Shown: positions 41,310-52,073 of the stretch, piece by piece
How the letters are laid out: every line of letters starts with the position of its first letter
How positions within the stretch are numbered: the stretch's first letter is position 1
Notes under the pieces: model-generated
Told to the model about the DNA's origin: nothing
The model's database searches: none
Seen by the model: the letters and a program-made list of their open reading frames with translations, nothing else
Translations under genes and position numbers: made by a program
Assembly: GCA_963845565.1 (NCBI GenBank)
Contig: CAWJSJ010000002.1
Coordinates: 2,112,001-2,176,000, forward strand
Direction of reading: 5' to 3'
DNA: 64,000 bases
From: an uncultured Methylomirabilota bacterium
Lineage (GTDB): Bacteria > Methylomirabilota > Methylomirabilia > Methylomirabilales > 2-02-FULL-66-22

Positions 41310-42482
41310 TCACGAGGCCGGCATCTCGCCGACCTGCACCTTGACGGACCGTTTCTCTTTCTCCCGCAGGACGATCAAATCCAGGCCCTTGCCGATGTCT
41401 GCGTCGGCAATGAGCCGCGTTAACTCCCGCGGATCCTTGATGCTCTTGCCGTCGATACTGAGGATCAAGTCTCCGGCCTTGAGGCCGGCGGCCTCGGCAG
41501 GACTCTTGGGCATGACCTGGTTGACCAGGACACCTTCACCCGAGACGCCGAAACTCTTGGCCAGCTCAGGTGTGAGCGGCTGGATTCCAATACCAAGCCA
41601 CCCGCGGGTGACTTTTCCCTTCTTGACCAAATCGTCCATCACCTTGCGGGCCAGGTTGATCGGGATCGCGAAACCGATACCCTGACCGGACGCGACGATG
41701 GCCGTGTTGATGCCGATCACCTCGCCACGGACGTTCAGGAGGGGCCCCCCGCTGTTCCCGGGGTTGATGGAGGCGTCCGTTTGAATGAAGTTCTCGTACG
41801 CGGCAATGCCGACCTCGGACCTCCCCGTGGCGCTGACGACGCCCACCGTCAGGGTATGATCCAGGCCGAACGGATTCCCGATGGCGATCGCCCACTCGCC
41901 GACCCGCAGGGCCTCTGAGTTCCCAAGGCGAGCGACGGGGAGCTCATCCTTCGCGCCGACTCGAATCACGGCCAAATCGGTCTTGGCGTCTGTCCCGACC
42001 ACCTTTCCCTTGACCTCCTGTTTGTTGGAAAAGCGGACGGTGATCTCATCGGCATCCTTGATGACGTGATTGTTGGTGAGGATCAGGCCACTCTTGTCGA
42101 TGATCACGCCGGACCCGAGGCTTGTCTGTTGGCGCCGGCGCGGCATCCCCTCGAAAAATCGGTCAAAGAAATCGCGGAAGAATGGGTCGTTTCCAAATGG
42201 GCGAAAGAGTTCGTTGGGCGTCCTCCCCTTGCCGGAGGAGACGGTGCTGATGTTGACCACGGATGGCGTGACCTGCTCCGCGACTTGGATGAACGGGTTG
42301 TCGGCACCCCCCCTGTCCGGCGACGTCGCGACGGTCGGCGCGCCCACCGGCCCGCGAGGGGATTGCCAACCGGGCGTAGCGGCCGGTTTTGTGAGAGCCG
42401 TGTGGACATAAATCCCGAGGCTGAAGAACGCCAGGGCATACACGGCGTAGGTGAAAAACCTGAACCAGCGAGAAGTCGGCAT
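41310..42482 (-). CDS. HtrA/DegP-family serine endoprotease (one PDZ)
   Basis: GSGVII, TNNHV, DLAV, AIGNPFGL, QTDASINPGNSGGPL. Confidence 0.95.
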   Translation of the reverse strand: MPTSRWFRFFTYAVYALAFFSLGIYVHTALTKPAATPGWQSPRGPVGAPTVATSPDRGGADNPFIQVAEQVTPSVVNISTVSSGKGRTPNELFRPFGNDPFFRDFFDRFFEGMPRRRQQTSLGSGVIIDKSGLILTNNHVIKDADEITVRFSNKQEVKGKVVGTDAKTDLAVIRVGAKDELPVARLGNSEALRVGEWAIAIGNPFGLDHTLTVGVVSATGRSEVGIAAYENFIQTDASINPGNSGGPLLNVRGEVIGINTAIVASGQGIGFAIPINLARKVMDDLVKKGKVTRGWLGIGIQPLTPELAKSFGVSGEGVLVNQVMPKSPAEAAGLKAGDLILSIDGKSIKDPRELTRLIADADIGKGLDLIVLREKEKRSVKVQVGEMPAS

Positions 42483-42529
42483 GGTCCGCCGTCCTTTGGG
42501 GGACTCGTCGATTAACTAGTTGCCGTCAC

Positions 42530-42558
42530 ATTAGAAGATAGCTACGCCGGACTGTCAA
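42530..42558 (-). promoter_or_regulatory. sigma70-type promoter of the htrA-cutA unit
   Basis: TTGACA-N17-TCTAAT on minus strand. Confidence 0.5.
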
Positions 42559-42675
42559 CAAAGATATCGAGGCGGGGGCGAGGCGCACCACGCAACAGCA
42601 AGACGGGTTGTTGGGATCCGACGCTCCGCGTGCCACCATCACCAACCAGGGACGCCGGACTTTCTTTCGATGATG

Positions 42676-42724
42676 CTTGACAGATATCGGCTCAGGTTTT
42701 ATATTGAAGTCCGTGTGATTCAAG
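42676..42724 (+). promoter_or_regulatory. dnaK promoter overlapped by HAIR-like (HspR) operators
   Basis: TTGACA(42677)-N17-TATATT(42700); CTTGACA-N7-GCTCAGG matches 10/14 of HAIR CTTGAGT-N7-ACTCAAG; second TTGA-N12-TCAAG. Confidence 0.7.
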
Positions 42725-42783
42725 CGCAAGATATTCATGGCTTCAATACCTATGAATTCCGCAACATAAACAGGAGGATAGCC

Positions 42784-44703
42784 GTGGGAAAGGTGATCGG
42801 GATCGACCTCGGAACGACTAACTCGGTGGTGTCCGTCATGGAAGGCGGTGACCCGGTTGTTATCACCAACACAGAAGGCGGTCGCCTGACTCCGTCCGTG
42901 GTCGCCTTCTCCAAGGACGGGGAGCGACTGGCGGGGCAAGTCGCCCGGCGCCAGGCCATCACCAACCCAGAGAACACCATCTTCTCGATCAAACGCTTCA
43001 TGGGCCGGCGGTACGACGAAGTGAGCCACGAGATCAAGCTGGTCCCATACAAGGTGGTACGGTTCGGCAACGGTGACGTCCGCGTGGAGGCCCGCGGGAA
43101 GCAATATTCGCCGCCCGAGATCTCGGCCATGATCCTTCAGAAACTGAAGGAGTCGGCCGAGGCGTACCTCGGCGAGAAGGTGACACAGGCGGTCCTCACC
43201 GTCCCGGCCTATTTCAACGATAGTCAGCGGCAGGCCACCAAGGATGCCGGTAAGATCGCGGGGCTGGAAGTTCTGCGTATCGTCAACGAGCCGACGGCGG
43301 CCTCGCTGGCCTACGGTCTGGACAAGAAGAAGGACGAGAAGATCGCCGTCTTCGATCTGGGCGGCGGCACCTTCGACATCTCCATCCTGGAGTTGGGCGA
43401 GGGAGTCTTTGAGGTCAAGTCCACCAATGGGGACACCCATCTCGGTGGCGACGACTTCGACGAGCGAGTCATGAACTGGCTGGTGGACGAGTTCAAGAAG
43501 GACCAAGGGATCGACCTGAGCAAGGACCGCATGGCCCTGCAGCGACTGAAGGAGGCGGCGGAGAAGGCGAAGTGTGAGCTGAGCACGACGCTCGAGACCG
43601 AGATCAACCTGCCGTTCGTCACGGCGGATGCCTCTGGGCCGAAGCACCTCAACCTCAAGCTGACGCGGGCGAAGCTGGAACAGTTGGTGGACGATCTGAT
43701 CCAGCGGACGATTGGTCCATGCCGCCAGGCGTTGAAGGATGCCGGGCTCAACGCCAGCCAGATCGACGAAGTGGTCCTGGTGGGCGGGCAGACCCGCATG
43801 CCCAAGGTCCAGCAGGCGGTGAAGGAGTTCTTTGGGAAGGAGCCGCACAAGGGGGTGAACCCGGACGAGGTCGTGGCCATCGGCGCTGCCATCCAGGCGG
43901 GCGTCCTGGTGGGGGACGTCAAGGATGTGGTTCTGCTCGACGTGACCCCGCTGAGCCTGGGGATCGAGACGCTGGGCGGTGTGTTGACACGCTTGATCGA
44001 ACGCAACACCACCATCCCGACGCGTAAGAGCGAGATCTTTACGACGGCCGCTGATAGCCAGACGAGCGTCGAGATCCACGTCCTGCAAGGCGAGCGCGAA
44101 ATGGCCCGGGACAACCGGACGCTGGGGAAGTTTCATCTGGTCGGTATCATGCCGGCGCCTCGGGGGATTCCACAGATCGAGGTCACCTTCGACATCGATG
44201 CCAACGGCATCGTGAACGTGTCCGCCAAGGACATGGCCACCGGCAAGGAGCAGGCGATCACCATCACGGCCTCCTCCGGTTTGTCGAAGGACGACATCGA
44301 CAAGATGGTCAAGGACGCGGATCGGCATGCCGACGAAGACAAGAAACGCCGGGCCGATATCGAGGGGCGTAACCAGGCGGACAGCCTGGTGTACAATACG
44401 GAGAAGATGCTGAACGAGAATCGGGAGAAGATTCCGGTCAGCGACATCAAGCCGATCGAGGATGCCCTGGCGGCGGCGAAGGAGGCCCTCAAGAGCGAAG
44501 ACATGGACAAGATCCGTGCGACGATGGAGACGCTCACCAAGGCCTCGCATCGCCTGGCCGAGGTGATGTATCGGCAGGCGAAGGAGAAGCAGCCCGCCGA
44601 CACCCCGACCGAAGGCGGCGAGTCTCAGCACAAACCGGGTCCGGCCGGCGAGGGTGAGGTCGTGGATGCGGAGTTCGAGGATCTCGGCAAGGGGAAGAAG
44701 TAG
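42784..44703 (+). CDS. dnaK: molecular chaperone DnaK
   Basis: [39 protein letters not shown] start after AGGAGG. Confidence 0.99.
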   Translation: MGKVIGIDLGTTNSVVSVMEGGDPVVITNTEGGRLTPSVVAFSKDGERLAGQVARRQAITNPENTIFSIKRFMGRRYDEVSHEIKLVPYKVVRFGNGDVRVEARGKQYSPPEISAMILQKLKESAEAYLGEKVTQAVLTVPAYFNDSQRQATKDAGKIAGLEVLRIVNEPTAASLAYGLDKKKDEKIAVFDLGGGTFDISILELGEGVFEVKSTNGDTHLGGDDFDERVMNWLVDEFKKDQGIDLSKDRMALQRLKEAAEKAKCELSTTLETEINLPFVTADASGPKHLNLKLTRAKLEQLVDDLIQRTIGPCRQALKDAGLNASQIDEVVLVGGQTRMPKVQQAVKEFFGKEPHKGVNPDEVVAIGAAIQAGVLVGDVKDVVLLDVTPLSLGIETLGGVLTRLIERNTTIPTRKSEIFTTAADSQTSVEIHVLQGEREMARDNRTLGKFHLVGIMPAPRGIPQIEVTFDIDANGIVNVSAKDMATGKEQAITITASSGLSKDDIDKMVKDADRHADEDKKRRADIEGRNQADSLVYNTEKMLNENREKIPVSDIKPIEDALAAAKEALKSEDMDKIRATMETLTKASHRLAEVMYRQAKEKQPADTPTEGGESQHKPGPAGEGEVVDAEFEDLGKGKK

Positions 44704-44720
44704 CCGCAAGGGGGCGCGCT

Positions 44721-45167
44721 ATGGCGGTAGTGAAATGGGATCCGTTTCGCGACCTCGTGTCGATCCAAGATCGGATGAATAAGCTCTTCGAGCAGACCCT
44801 CTCTCGGTCGCGAGGCGAGGAGGGGGTATCGGCCACGACCTGGACGCCGTCCGTGGACATCTACGAGACGACAGATGCGATCGTCATGAAGGCGGAACTT
44901 CCGGGGGTTTCCCGGGAGGATATCCAGATCCAGCTTCACGAGAATACGCTGACGCTCAAGGGGGAGCGGCGGTTTGCCAAGGACGTGCAGGAGGAAAGTT
45001 ACCTTCGGATCGAGCGGGCCTACGGCAGCTTTCACCGCGCCTTCACCCTGCCGTCTGTGGTGCACCAGGAGACCATCCGCGCGGTGTTTCGAGATGGCGT
45101 CCTGGAGTTGACGCTGCCGAAGGCGGAGGGGGCCAAGCCGAAGCGGATTTCCATCGACGTGCGGTGA
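44721..45167 (+). CDS. Hsp20/alpha-crystallin small heat shock protein
   Basis: WDPFRDL, VDIYET, AELPG, ERAYGSF.R.F.LP, DGVLEL.LPK. Confidence 0.95.
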   Translation: MAVVKWDPFRDLVSIQDRMNKLFEQTLSRSRGEEGVSATTWTPSVDIYETTDAIVMKAELPGVSREDIQIQLHENTLTLKGERRFAKDVQEESYLRIERAYGSFHRAFTLPSVVHQETIRAVFRDGVLELTLPKAEGAKPKRISIDVR

Positions 45168-45247
45168 GTCCGCTGCATCGCGCGAACGGAACCCCTGCGC
45201 CCGTCCGGGCCGAGGGGTGTGGGTAAACGGATCGTCGGAGGTGCGTC

Positions 45248-45709
45248 GTGGCCGTGCAGCCGTGGCCTGGTCCCGGATGGGATCCGCTAGGGGATCTGCT
45301 GCTGATCAAGCAGGAGATGAGTCGGCTCTTCGAGACCCTCCAGAGCCAAGGCGCAGGCGGGGCGCAATCCGCCGAGGGGGCCTGGACGCCGCCGGTCGAT
45401 GTCTGCGAAACCAAGACGGATCTCCGGATTCAGGTCGAGCTTCCAGGGATTTCCGTGCGCCAGATTCGGATCGAAGTTGCGGAAGGCGTCCTGACGATTC
45501 GGGCCGAACGACCGCCCGACCCCTCGTTTCGGCGCGAGCAGATCCAGCAGATTGAGTGCCGGCACGGCGTGTTCATCCGGCGCTTGACGCTTCCGCCCCT
45601 GGTAGATCCGGACGGGATCCGGGCCACTTGTCGGGACGGCGTGCTGGAGGTTCGGTTGCCGAAGCGCGCGGAGTCTCAACCACGGCAGGTCTCCATCGAG
45701 GCCGCGTGA
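45248..45709 (+). CDS. second Hsp20 small heat shock protein
   Basis: WTPPVDV.ET, VELPG, G.F.R.LTLP, DGVLEVRLPK. Confidence 0.9.
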   Translation: MAVQPWPGPGWDPLGDLLLIKQEMSRLFETLQSQGAGGAQSAEGAWTPPVDVCETKTDLRIQVELPGISVRQIRIEVAEGVLTIRAERPPDPSFRREQIQQIECRHGVFIRRLTLPPLVDPDGIRATCRDGVLEVRLPKRAESQPRQVSIEAA

Positions 45710-45744
45710 CGGGCGAACCGATGCGGAACTGGCGAGAGTGACGC

Positions 45745-46851
45745 ATGGCAAAGCGGGATTACTATGACGTGCTGGGCTTGACCCGGGGCGCCTCGACCCA
45801 GGAGATCAAGCGCGCCTATCGCAAGTTGGCGCGGAAATATCACCCCGACGTGAATCCCGGGGACAAGACGGCCGAGGGAAAATTCAAGGAGGTCACGGCG
45901 GCCTACGAGGTCCTCAGCGACCAGGAGAAGCGGGGCCAGTACGATCAGTTCGGCCATGACGGATACGCGCGGACTGCGGGCGGGCCGCAACCGGGGGCCG
46001 GGCCGGGTGGGTTCGATTTCAGCCGGGTGAACTACGGATCCGGTGGGTTCGGCGATCTCGGGGATTTCCTCTCCGATCTCTTCGGCGGCCAGGGCGGCGT
46101 CCGGACGGAGGGCCCGGCCGCAGGGGAGGACGTTCACTACAGCCTGGACATCAATTTCGTCGATGCTGTGCGGGGCCTCGCCACCGAGATTAGCGTGCAG
46201 AGGCACTCTCCGTGCGACGCTTGTCGCGGATCGGGGGCCAAGCCCGGGAGTTCGCTGGACGCCTGTCCCGACTGCGGTGGAAGCGGCCGTCGGGGCGGCC
46301 GTGGCCTGCGGCGAACATCCGACGCGTGTCCCCGCTGCCGCGGCAACGGCAAGATCGCCCGGGAGGCCTGCAGCAGTTGCGGCGGTCGGGGGACGACCTT
46401 CGGGACCGAGCGCATTGCGGTCAAGATCCCCGGCGGGGTGGATACGGGCTCTCGCATCCGGCTGCAGGGAAAGGGCGAACCCGGCGCGAACGGGGGTCCG
46501 CCCGGCGATCTGTACATCGTGACCCGGGTGCGCCCCCATCCGTTGTTGGAACGGAAGGGGGACAACCTCCACGTGGAGGTGCCGATCACCATCACGGAAG
46601 CGGCCCTCGGTGCGCGCATCGATGTCCCGACGATCGACGGCGTCACGACCATGCGCATCCCGCCCGAGACCAGCAGTGGGCAGATGTTCCGCCTGCGCGG
46701 AAAGGGCGTGCCGCATTTGAAGGGGGGTGGGCAGGGCGATCAGTTCGTGGGCGTCAAGATCGTGGCTCCCAAGAACCTCGACGTTCGTTCGCAGGAACTC
46801 CTGCGGGAATTCGCGCGGCTGAATCCGGAGGACCCGCGGCCCCGACACTAA
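45745..46851 (+). CDS. dnaJ: molecular chaperone DnaJ
   Basis: HPD J-domain, G/F region, four CxxCxGxG motifs. Confidence 0.97.
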   Translation: MAKRDYYDVLGLTRGASTQEIKRAYRKLARKYHPDVNPGDKTAEGKFKEVTAAYEVLSDQEKRGQYDQFGHDGYARTAGGPQPGAGPGGFDFSRVNYGSGGFGDLGDFLSDLFGGQGGVRTEGPAAGEDVHYSLDINFVDAVRGLATEISVQRHSPCDACRGSGAKPGSSLDACPDCGGSGRRGGRGLRRTSDACPRCRGNGKIAREACSSCGGRGTTFGTERIAVKIPGGVDTGSRIRLQGKGEPGANGGPPGDLYIVTRVRPHPLLERKGDNLHVEVPITITEAALGARIDVPTIDGVTTMRIPPETSSGQMFRLRGKGVPHLKGGGQGDQFVGVKIVAPKNLDVRSQELLREFARLNPEDPRPRH

Positions 46852-46950
46852 GGAGCCGTTACGAAATAACCTAGACATCTCTTTCTATTTCGTTACGGCT
46901 CCTTATGCCGTTTCGGAATGTCTCCGCTCAACTTATTCTTTGACAACGGC
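46852..46950 (+). mobile_element. MITE-like repeat family A, copy 3 (TAA duplication)
   Basis: TAA at 46849-51 (dnaJ stop) and 46951-53. Confidence 0.85.
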
Positions 46951-46991
46951 TAACGCGGGCGCCGGGCGCTTCGATCGGCAGGTGAGGGACG

Positions 46992-47393
46992 ATGCCAAAA
47001 ACCAGGCGGCCTCTCTATATGATCAGCGTGGTGGCCGAGATGTTCGATGTGCACCCCCAGACGCTCCGCGCCTATGAGCGGGAAGGGTTGCTCCGGCCCT
47101 CGCGGACCGACGGGAACACCCGCCTCTACTCCGAGGACGATCTGGCGCGCATCGAACTGATCCTGCGACTGACCAAGGAACTGGGGGTCAACCTTGCCGG
47201 CGTCGAGGTGATCCTCAACATGCGTGAGCGGATGGGGGAGATGCAGGGGCGTATGAATGAGATGCTCCAGGAGGTTCTCCGTCGGATGGAATCGGAGTTC
47301 AAGGAGCGGGCCCAGGGCCAGGCCCATGGCGAAGGATTGGTCCCCGTCGGACGCAAGGGGATCGTGCGGCACATTCCCGTCGAGGAAGACTGA
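46992..47393 (+). CDS. hspR: heat-shock repressor HspR (MerR family)
   Basis: YMISVVAE...HPQTLR.YEREGL..P.RT.G.TRLYS, LGVNLAGV; downstream of dnaJ. Confidence 0.9.
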   Translation: MPKTRRPLYMISVVAEMFDVHPQTLRAYEREGLLRPSRTDGNTRLYSEDDLARIELILRLTKELGVNLAGVEVILNMRERMGEMQGRMNEMLQEVLRRMESEFKERAQGQAHGEGLVPVGRKGIVRHIPVEED

Positions 47394-47407
47394 GGCCGGA
47401 GGCGTCC

Positions 47408-47436
47408 TTGACAGTCCCTGATCCCTCTCGTATGCT
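47408..47436 (+). promoter_or_regulatory. sigma70-type promoter of htpX
   Basis: TTGACA-N17-TATGCT. Confidence 0.7.
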
Positions 47437-47504
47437 CGAATCCGTTATGGACGAGTCACCCGGCCGTTGCCGACGTGAAATGAAAGAGTAAAGGAGTTAA
47501 CGCG

Positions 47505-48365
47505 ATGTCGAATTCGGTGAAGACCGCGGCCCTGTTGGCGGCGATGACCGTTCTCTTCATCCTGATCGGCGGCATGCTCGGCGGCGAGCAGGGGATGGTG
47601 GTGGCGTTTCTGTTCGCCGGCCTGATGAACTTCGCCTCGTACTGGTGGTCCGATCGGGTGGTTCTCTGGATGTACGGGGCGAAGGAAGTGAGCGAAGCCC
47701 AGGCGCCGCAGTTCCACGCCCTGGTCCGGCGTCTGGCCCAGCAGGCCGGCCTGCCCATGCCGAAGGTGTACATCATTCCCACGGACACCCCGAATGCCTT
47801 CGCCACTGGACGGAATCCCCAGCACGCCGCCGTGGCCGCCACCGAAGGCATCCTGCGCATCCTTTCCCCGGACGAGCTGGAAGGGGTCATGGCCCACGAA
47901 CTGGGTCATGTCCGCAACCGGGATATCCTGATCTCGACCATCGCCGCCACCATGGCCGGGGCCATCATGATGCTGGCCCGCATGGCGCAGTTCGCGGCCA
48001 TGTTCGGGGGCGCCCGGAATCAGGATGACGAGGAGGGCGGCGGCGGTGGTGGCATCGTCGGCATGATCCTGCTGGCGATCCTGGCCCCTCTGGCGGCGAT
48101 GTTGATCCAGATGGCCATTTCGCGGGCGCGGGAATACCTGGCGGATGCGACCGGGGCGCAGATCAGTCGAAAGCCCTGGGCGCTGGCCGACGCCCTGGAG
48201 AAGCTGGAGCGGGGTGCCACGGCGCTGCCGATGGACGCGAATCCGTCGACCGCCCATATGTTCATCGTGAATCCACTGCGCGGGTCCAGCCTGCTCAATC
48301 TGTTCTCCACCCATCCACCGGTCGAACAGCGTGTGGCGCGGCTCCGGGCCATGCGGATCGCCTAG
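47505..48365 (+). CDS. htpX: zinc metalloprotease HtpX
   Basis: [30 protein letters not shown]. Confidence 0.97.
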   Translation: MSNSVKTAALLAAMTVLFILIGGMLGGEQGMVVAFLFAGLMNFASYWWSDRVVLWMYGAKEVSEAQAPQFHALVRRLAQQAGLPMPKVYIIPTDTPNAFATGRNPQHAAVAATEGILRILSPDELEGVMAHELGHVRNRDILISTIAATMAGAIMMLARMAQFAAMFGGARNQDDEEGGGGGGIVGMILLAILAPLAAMLIQMAISRAREYLADATGAQISRKPWALADALEKLERGATALPMDANPSTAHMFIVNPLRGSSLLNLFSTHPPVEQRVARLRAMRIA

Positions 48366-49013
48366 ATGACGACGAACCGGACGACCCAGCGGTGTCGCGC
48401 GTGGCGGACCGGCGTTGCGATCCTCGGCCTGTGTGGGGTCCTGGCCAGCTGCGCGACGACCGAGCCGCCGAAGGGGCCGGCGATCGTGCGCCCGGCGTCC
48501 CAGCAGGCGCCGGTCAACCAGGTTGTCGGCGAGGCCATCGTTGCGTCCTTGGGGGGTGCGGCGGTGACGGTGCGCTGGCTGGACGCGGCGGCCGTGGGCC
48601 ATTACTACGCGAATCGCCCGGGGTTGGTGGCTCCGTGGCCACCGGAACTGTGGCAGGAATCTCCGCCGACAATCTTCCTGGCGCGGATCCGGAACCAGAC
48701 CCGTGAGGAGGTGCAATTCGACCCGGCGGTCGTGGCGCTGGTGGCGCAGGACGGGCAGCGTGACCAGACAATTCCTTACGAGGAAATGTACATGCGCCTG
48801 GCGGATACCGACGGGGCCGCGCCGCGCTTGAGGAGCCTCCAGGCCACACTGCTGAGCCGCTTCGTGGTCATCCAGCCGGGCGGCGAGCGCGAAGGTATGT
48901 TGCTCTTTCCGAGTCTCAAGCCCGAGGCCGTTTACCTGCTACTGGAACTGCCGTCCTTCTTCGTCGGGGGGCGCCCGTTTCCCGGCCGCCTCGAATTCCA
49001 GGTCACCCACTAA
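48366..49013 (+). CDS. hypothetical lipoprotein
   Basis: lipobox LASC; abuts htpX stop. Confidence 0.7.
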   Translation: MTTNRTTQRCRAWRTGVAILGLCGVLASCATTEPPKGPAIVRPASQQAPVNQVVGEAIVASLGGAAVTVRWLDAAAVGHYYANRPGLVAPWPPELWQESPPTIFLARIRNQTREEVQFDPAVVALVAQDGQRDQTIPYEEMYMRLADTDGAAPRLRSLQATLLSRFVVIQPGGEREGMLLFPSLKPEAVYLLLELPSFFVGGRPFPGRLEFQVTH

Positions 49014-49050
49014 CCCGGATTGCTCCGGGAACAGCCGCATCATCCACAGA

Positions 49051-49371
49051 TTACCGCGATCCGCTCTCTCGCCGGGCGGGCTGAAGGCGGTTGAGAATCG
49101 CGGCGGCGTCGGCATCGCGGATGCGGAACAGCTTGGCGCGAGCCGTATCCCCTCGCACGATGGTGATGCGGGATTTGGCGACGTCAAGCCGTTCGGACAG
49201 GAAGGCGCGGCAGGCGGCGTTGGCGGCCCCATCCACAGGCGGCGCGGTAAGCCGCAGGACGATCCGGTCCGAGGAGAACGCGAGATGGTTTCGCGAGGCG
49301 CGGGGCTGGACGTGGATGGTCAGGAGGACATCGGGTCCCTCTTGCTTCACGAGAGGTGGGTCCAGTGTCAC
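49051..49371 (-). CDS. DUF167/YggU family protein
   Basis: VQPRAS, APPVDGAAN, G.TAR.K. Confidence 0.92.
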   Translation of the reverse strand: MTLDPPLVKQEGPDVLLTIHVQPRASRNHLAFSSDRIVLRLTAPPVDGAANAACRAFLSERLDVAKSRITIVRGDTARAKLFRIRDADAAAILNRLQPARRESGSR

Positions 49372-49835
49372 TTGGCAGGCGCCGGCTTGTCCGGGATGGC
49401 AGCGTCCAGCAGATCCTGGTGCGTCTTGAAATGCCCGCGCAGCTTGGCGGCAAACAAATCCCGCTGCCGCCGGAGCTCGGCGACCTCTGCCTGGACCTGG
49501 CCGAGCTTCTGGTGGGCCTGCTCCAGGAGCTTTTCCGCCCGGAGTTCGGCCTCCTTGATGATCAGCTCGGCCTCCCGTTTGGCGTTTCCCTTGATCTCCT
49601 CGGTCATCTTCTGCGCGGTGACCAAGGTGTTTCGCAGCGCGTCCTCGCGCTCCTGGTGACCTTTCATCTGCGCTTCCAACCGCTGCACCAGGCTGGCCTG
49701 GTCGGTGCTCTGTTGCAAGAGCCGCGTCATCTCCTCGGCGACTTGCTCCAGAAAGGTGTGCACCTCGTCCGGGTCCAGACCGCGCAGCTTCCGACCGAAC
49801 TCCCGTTGCGTGATCTCCAAGGGGGAGAATTCCAT
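49368..49835 (-). CDS. divIVA: DivIVA domain protein
   Basis: SPLEI....F..KLRG.DP.EV..FL followed by coiled coil. Confidence 0.92.
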   Translation of the reverse strand: MEFSPLEITQREFGRKLRGLDPDEVHTFLEQVAEEMTRLLQQSTDQASLVQRLEAQMKGHQEREDALRNTLVTAQKMTEEIKGNAKREAELIIKEAELRAEKLLEQAHQKLGQVQAEVAELRRQRDLFAAKLRGHFKTHQDLLDAAIPDKPAPAK

Positions 49836-50134
49836 CAGCGCATCCTCCAGGCCAGTTCTCTCAGGGAGGCCACCAGGAAGTACTGGACGAACATGACGGC
49901 CAGTATTGCCACCAGCGGCGAGAGGTCGAGACCCACGCGCCAGGTCGGCAACCGGCGGCGGATCGGGGCCAAAACGGGTTCGGTCGCCCGTTGCAGGAAC
50001 TGGACGATAGGGTTCCAGGGGTCCGGGTTGACCCACGAGAGCAATGCCCGCACGATGATGATCCAGTAGTATGCCGTGAGGATGACGTCCAACACCCCGG
50101 CGATGGCACTCAGAAAGTTGGCGAACACGAACAT
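49835..50134 (-). CDS. yggT: YggT family membrane protein
   Basis: LSWVNPDP.NPIV.FL...TEP.L.PIRR, DLSP. Confidence 0.95.
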   Translation of the reverse strand: MFVFANFLSAIAGVLDVILTAYYWIIIVRALLSWVNPDPWNPIVQFLQRATEPVLAPIRRRLPTWRVGLDLSPLVAILAVMFVQYFLVASLRELAWRMR

Positions 50135-50949
50135 CAGGGTTTTCCCAGCTCTCGCGAGCGGCGTGTGGCCGCCTCGACCGCGTTGATGAGGGCGGCGCGG
50201 ACGGCCCCCTGTTCGAGGGCGTGCAGCCCTGCAATGGTGGTCCCGCCGGGGGACGTGACCATGTCCTTGAGCTCGCCCGGATGCTTTCCGGTGTCCAGGA
50301 CCATGCGGGCAGCGCCCCGCAGGGTCTGGGCGGCGAGGGCCACGGCCGTGTCGCGCGGCAAGCCGACCTTGACCCCGGCGTCGGCGAGCGCCTCGATGAT
50401 CAGGAAGGCATACGCGGGTCCGCTGCCCGAGAGGCCGGTGACACCGTCCATCAGCGCCTCGTCCACGACGACGACCCGCCCCACGGCTTCGAACAGGTCG
50501 CGGGCGGTCTCGAGATCCTGGGGTGTGGCATGGGTCCCTCGGGCGAGAGCGCTGACGCCTTCCAGAACCAGGGCCGGCGTGTTCGGCATCACGCGGATGA
50601 CCCGGACGGGGCGAAGAAAGGCGTCGGCAAGGGTCGTGGTGGAAATGCCCGCGGCAATCGAGATGACGAGCTGCCGGTCGGCGACGACCCTGCGCAGATC
50701 GTCCAGCGCCCGGCTCATGACCTGCGGCTTGACGGCAAGGATCACCGTCTCGGCGTGTCGAGCCGCCTCGGCGTTGTCCGAGGACACGCCGATCCCATAG
50801 GTGGTCTTGAGATAGGCGAGTCGGTCGTCGCGAACGTCGGTGACGAGGATCTCCTCCGGCGGCACACGCCGCGCCGCGAGAATCCCCCGCACCAAAGCCT
50901 CCGCCATGTTGCCGCCACCGATGAACGCCAGCCGCACGCCCTGTCCCAT
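50134..50949 (-). CDS. proC: pyrroline-5-carboxylate reductase
   Basis: FIGGGNMA, LAVKPQ, RVMPNTP, SGSGPAY, VTSPGGTT. Confidence 0.98.
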   Translation of the reverse strand: MGQGVRLAFIGGGNMAEALVRGILAARRVPPEEILVTDVRDDRLAYLKTTYGIGVSSDNAEAARHAETVILAVKPQVMSRALDDLRRVVADRQLVISIAAGISTTTLADAFLRPVRVIRVMPNTPALVLEGVSALARGTHATPQDLETARDLFEAVGRVVVVDEALMDGVTGLSGSGPAYAFLIIEALADAGVKVGLPRDTAVALAAQTLRGAARMVLDTGKHPGELKDMVTSPGGTTIAGLHALEQGAVRAALINAVEAATRRSRELGKP

Positions 50950-51113
50950 GCCTACCTCCGTCGGGGTTTTATAGCCCCCGCGTCTGCGGAAGTCAAGCTT
51001 TTCGCCCCACCGGGACCGCTTGGGGCTTGCAGTCCGCGCCGGTCTGGGCTATACAGCCGGAGGGAACCACAAGGGATACGAGGAATGTCGATCGAGACGT
51101 GACGGAGGACCGC

Positions 51114-52037
51114 ATGGAAAAACGGCGGTGGGTGAGGCTGCGGGTGCCGGCCTCCACGGCCAACCTCGGAGCGGGGTTTGACGCGCTGGGCATGGCCCTG
51201 GGGTTGTACAACGAGATCGAACTGGAGCGCACGGGAAGCGGGGTGCGCCTGGAAATCGAGGGTGAGGGCGCCGATCGGTTGCAGGCGCTCGGTACGCAGA
51301 ACCTGGTGGCACGGGCGGTCACGAGCACGCTGACGTACCTGGGAGACCCGTCGGACGGGCTTCGGGTGCGCATGCTCAACCGGATCCCGCTGAGTCGCGG
51401 TCTGGGCAGCAGTTCGGCGGCGGTCCTGGGGGGTGCAGCCGCTGCCGCGGCGCTGGCCGGGGTCTCGCTACCTCCGGAAGAACTGCTCGATCTTGCCCTG
51501 CCGCTGGAAGGCCATCCGGACAACATCGCGCCGGCGCTGCTGGGCGGCCTGACGGTGGCGACGCTGGTGGGGGGAAAGGTGCGCTGCGTCAAGCTGCCGG
51601 TTCCCGAGTTGTTGCAGGTCGTCGCCGTGATTCCGGATTTCCGCCTGCCGACCGTCAAGGCCCGGCAGGCCCTGCCCCCGACGGTGCCGCGGAGCGACGC
51701 GATCTTCAACATCGGGCGCGTGGCGCTGTTCCTGGCCGCCATGCAGATGGGCCGCCTGGATCTCTTGCGCGAGGGGGTCAAGGACCGGCTGCACCAGCCC
51801 TACCGGGCGCCCCTGGTCCCCGGCATGCCCGAGGTCCTGGCCGAGGGGGAACGCGCCGGGGCACTGGCATGTTTCCTGAGCGGGGCGGGGCCGACATTGT
51901 TGGCGTTGGCGGCCGGAGATCCCGGGGAGATCGGCGCGCGGATGGTGCGCTGCTGGCGCGAGCAAGCGGGCGTGTCGGCACGGGCGGAAGTTCTGGCGAT
52001 CGACCGGCAGGGCACCCGAGTGGAGGAGGAGCGGTGA
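51114..52037 (+). CDS. thrB: homoserine kinase
   Basis: PASTANLG.GFD, IPLSRGLGSS, EGHPDN, LHQPYR, SGAGPT. Confidence 0.96.
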   Translation: MEKRRWVRLRVPASTANLGAGFDALGMALGLYNEIELERTGSGVRLEIEGEGADRLQALGTQNLVARAVTSTLTYLGDPSDGLRVRMLNRIPLSRGLGSSSAAVLGGAAAAAALAGVSLPPEELLDLALPLEGHPDNIAPALLGGLTVATLVGGKVRCVKLPVPELLQVVAVIPDFRLPTVKARQALPPTVPRSDAIFNIGRVALFLAAMQMGRLDLLREGVKDRLHQPYRAPLVPGMPEVLAEGERAGALACFLSGAGPTLLALAAGDPGEIGARMVRCWREQAGVSARAEVLAIDRQGTRVEEER

Positions 52038-52073
52038 GCGCTCGGCCGATGGAGTGATCGGGAGGCTCCCGCG

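Noticed and set aside
42526..44709. Long antisense ORFs opposite dnaK (and similarly aspS, uvrC, glgP and others)
   Set aside because: Expected shadow frames in high-GC coding DNA.
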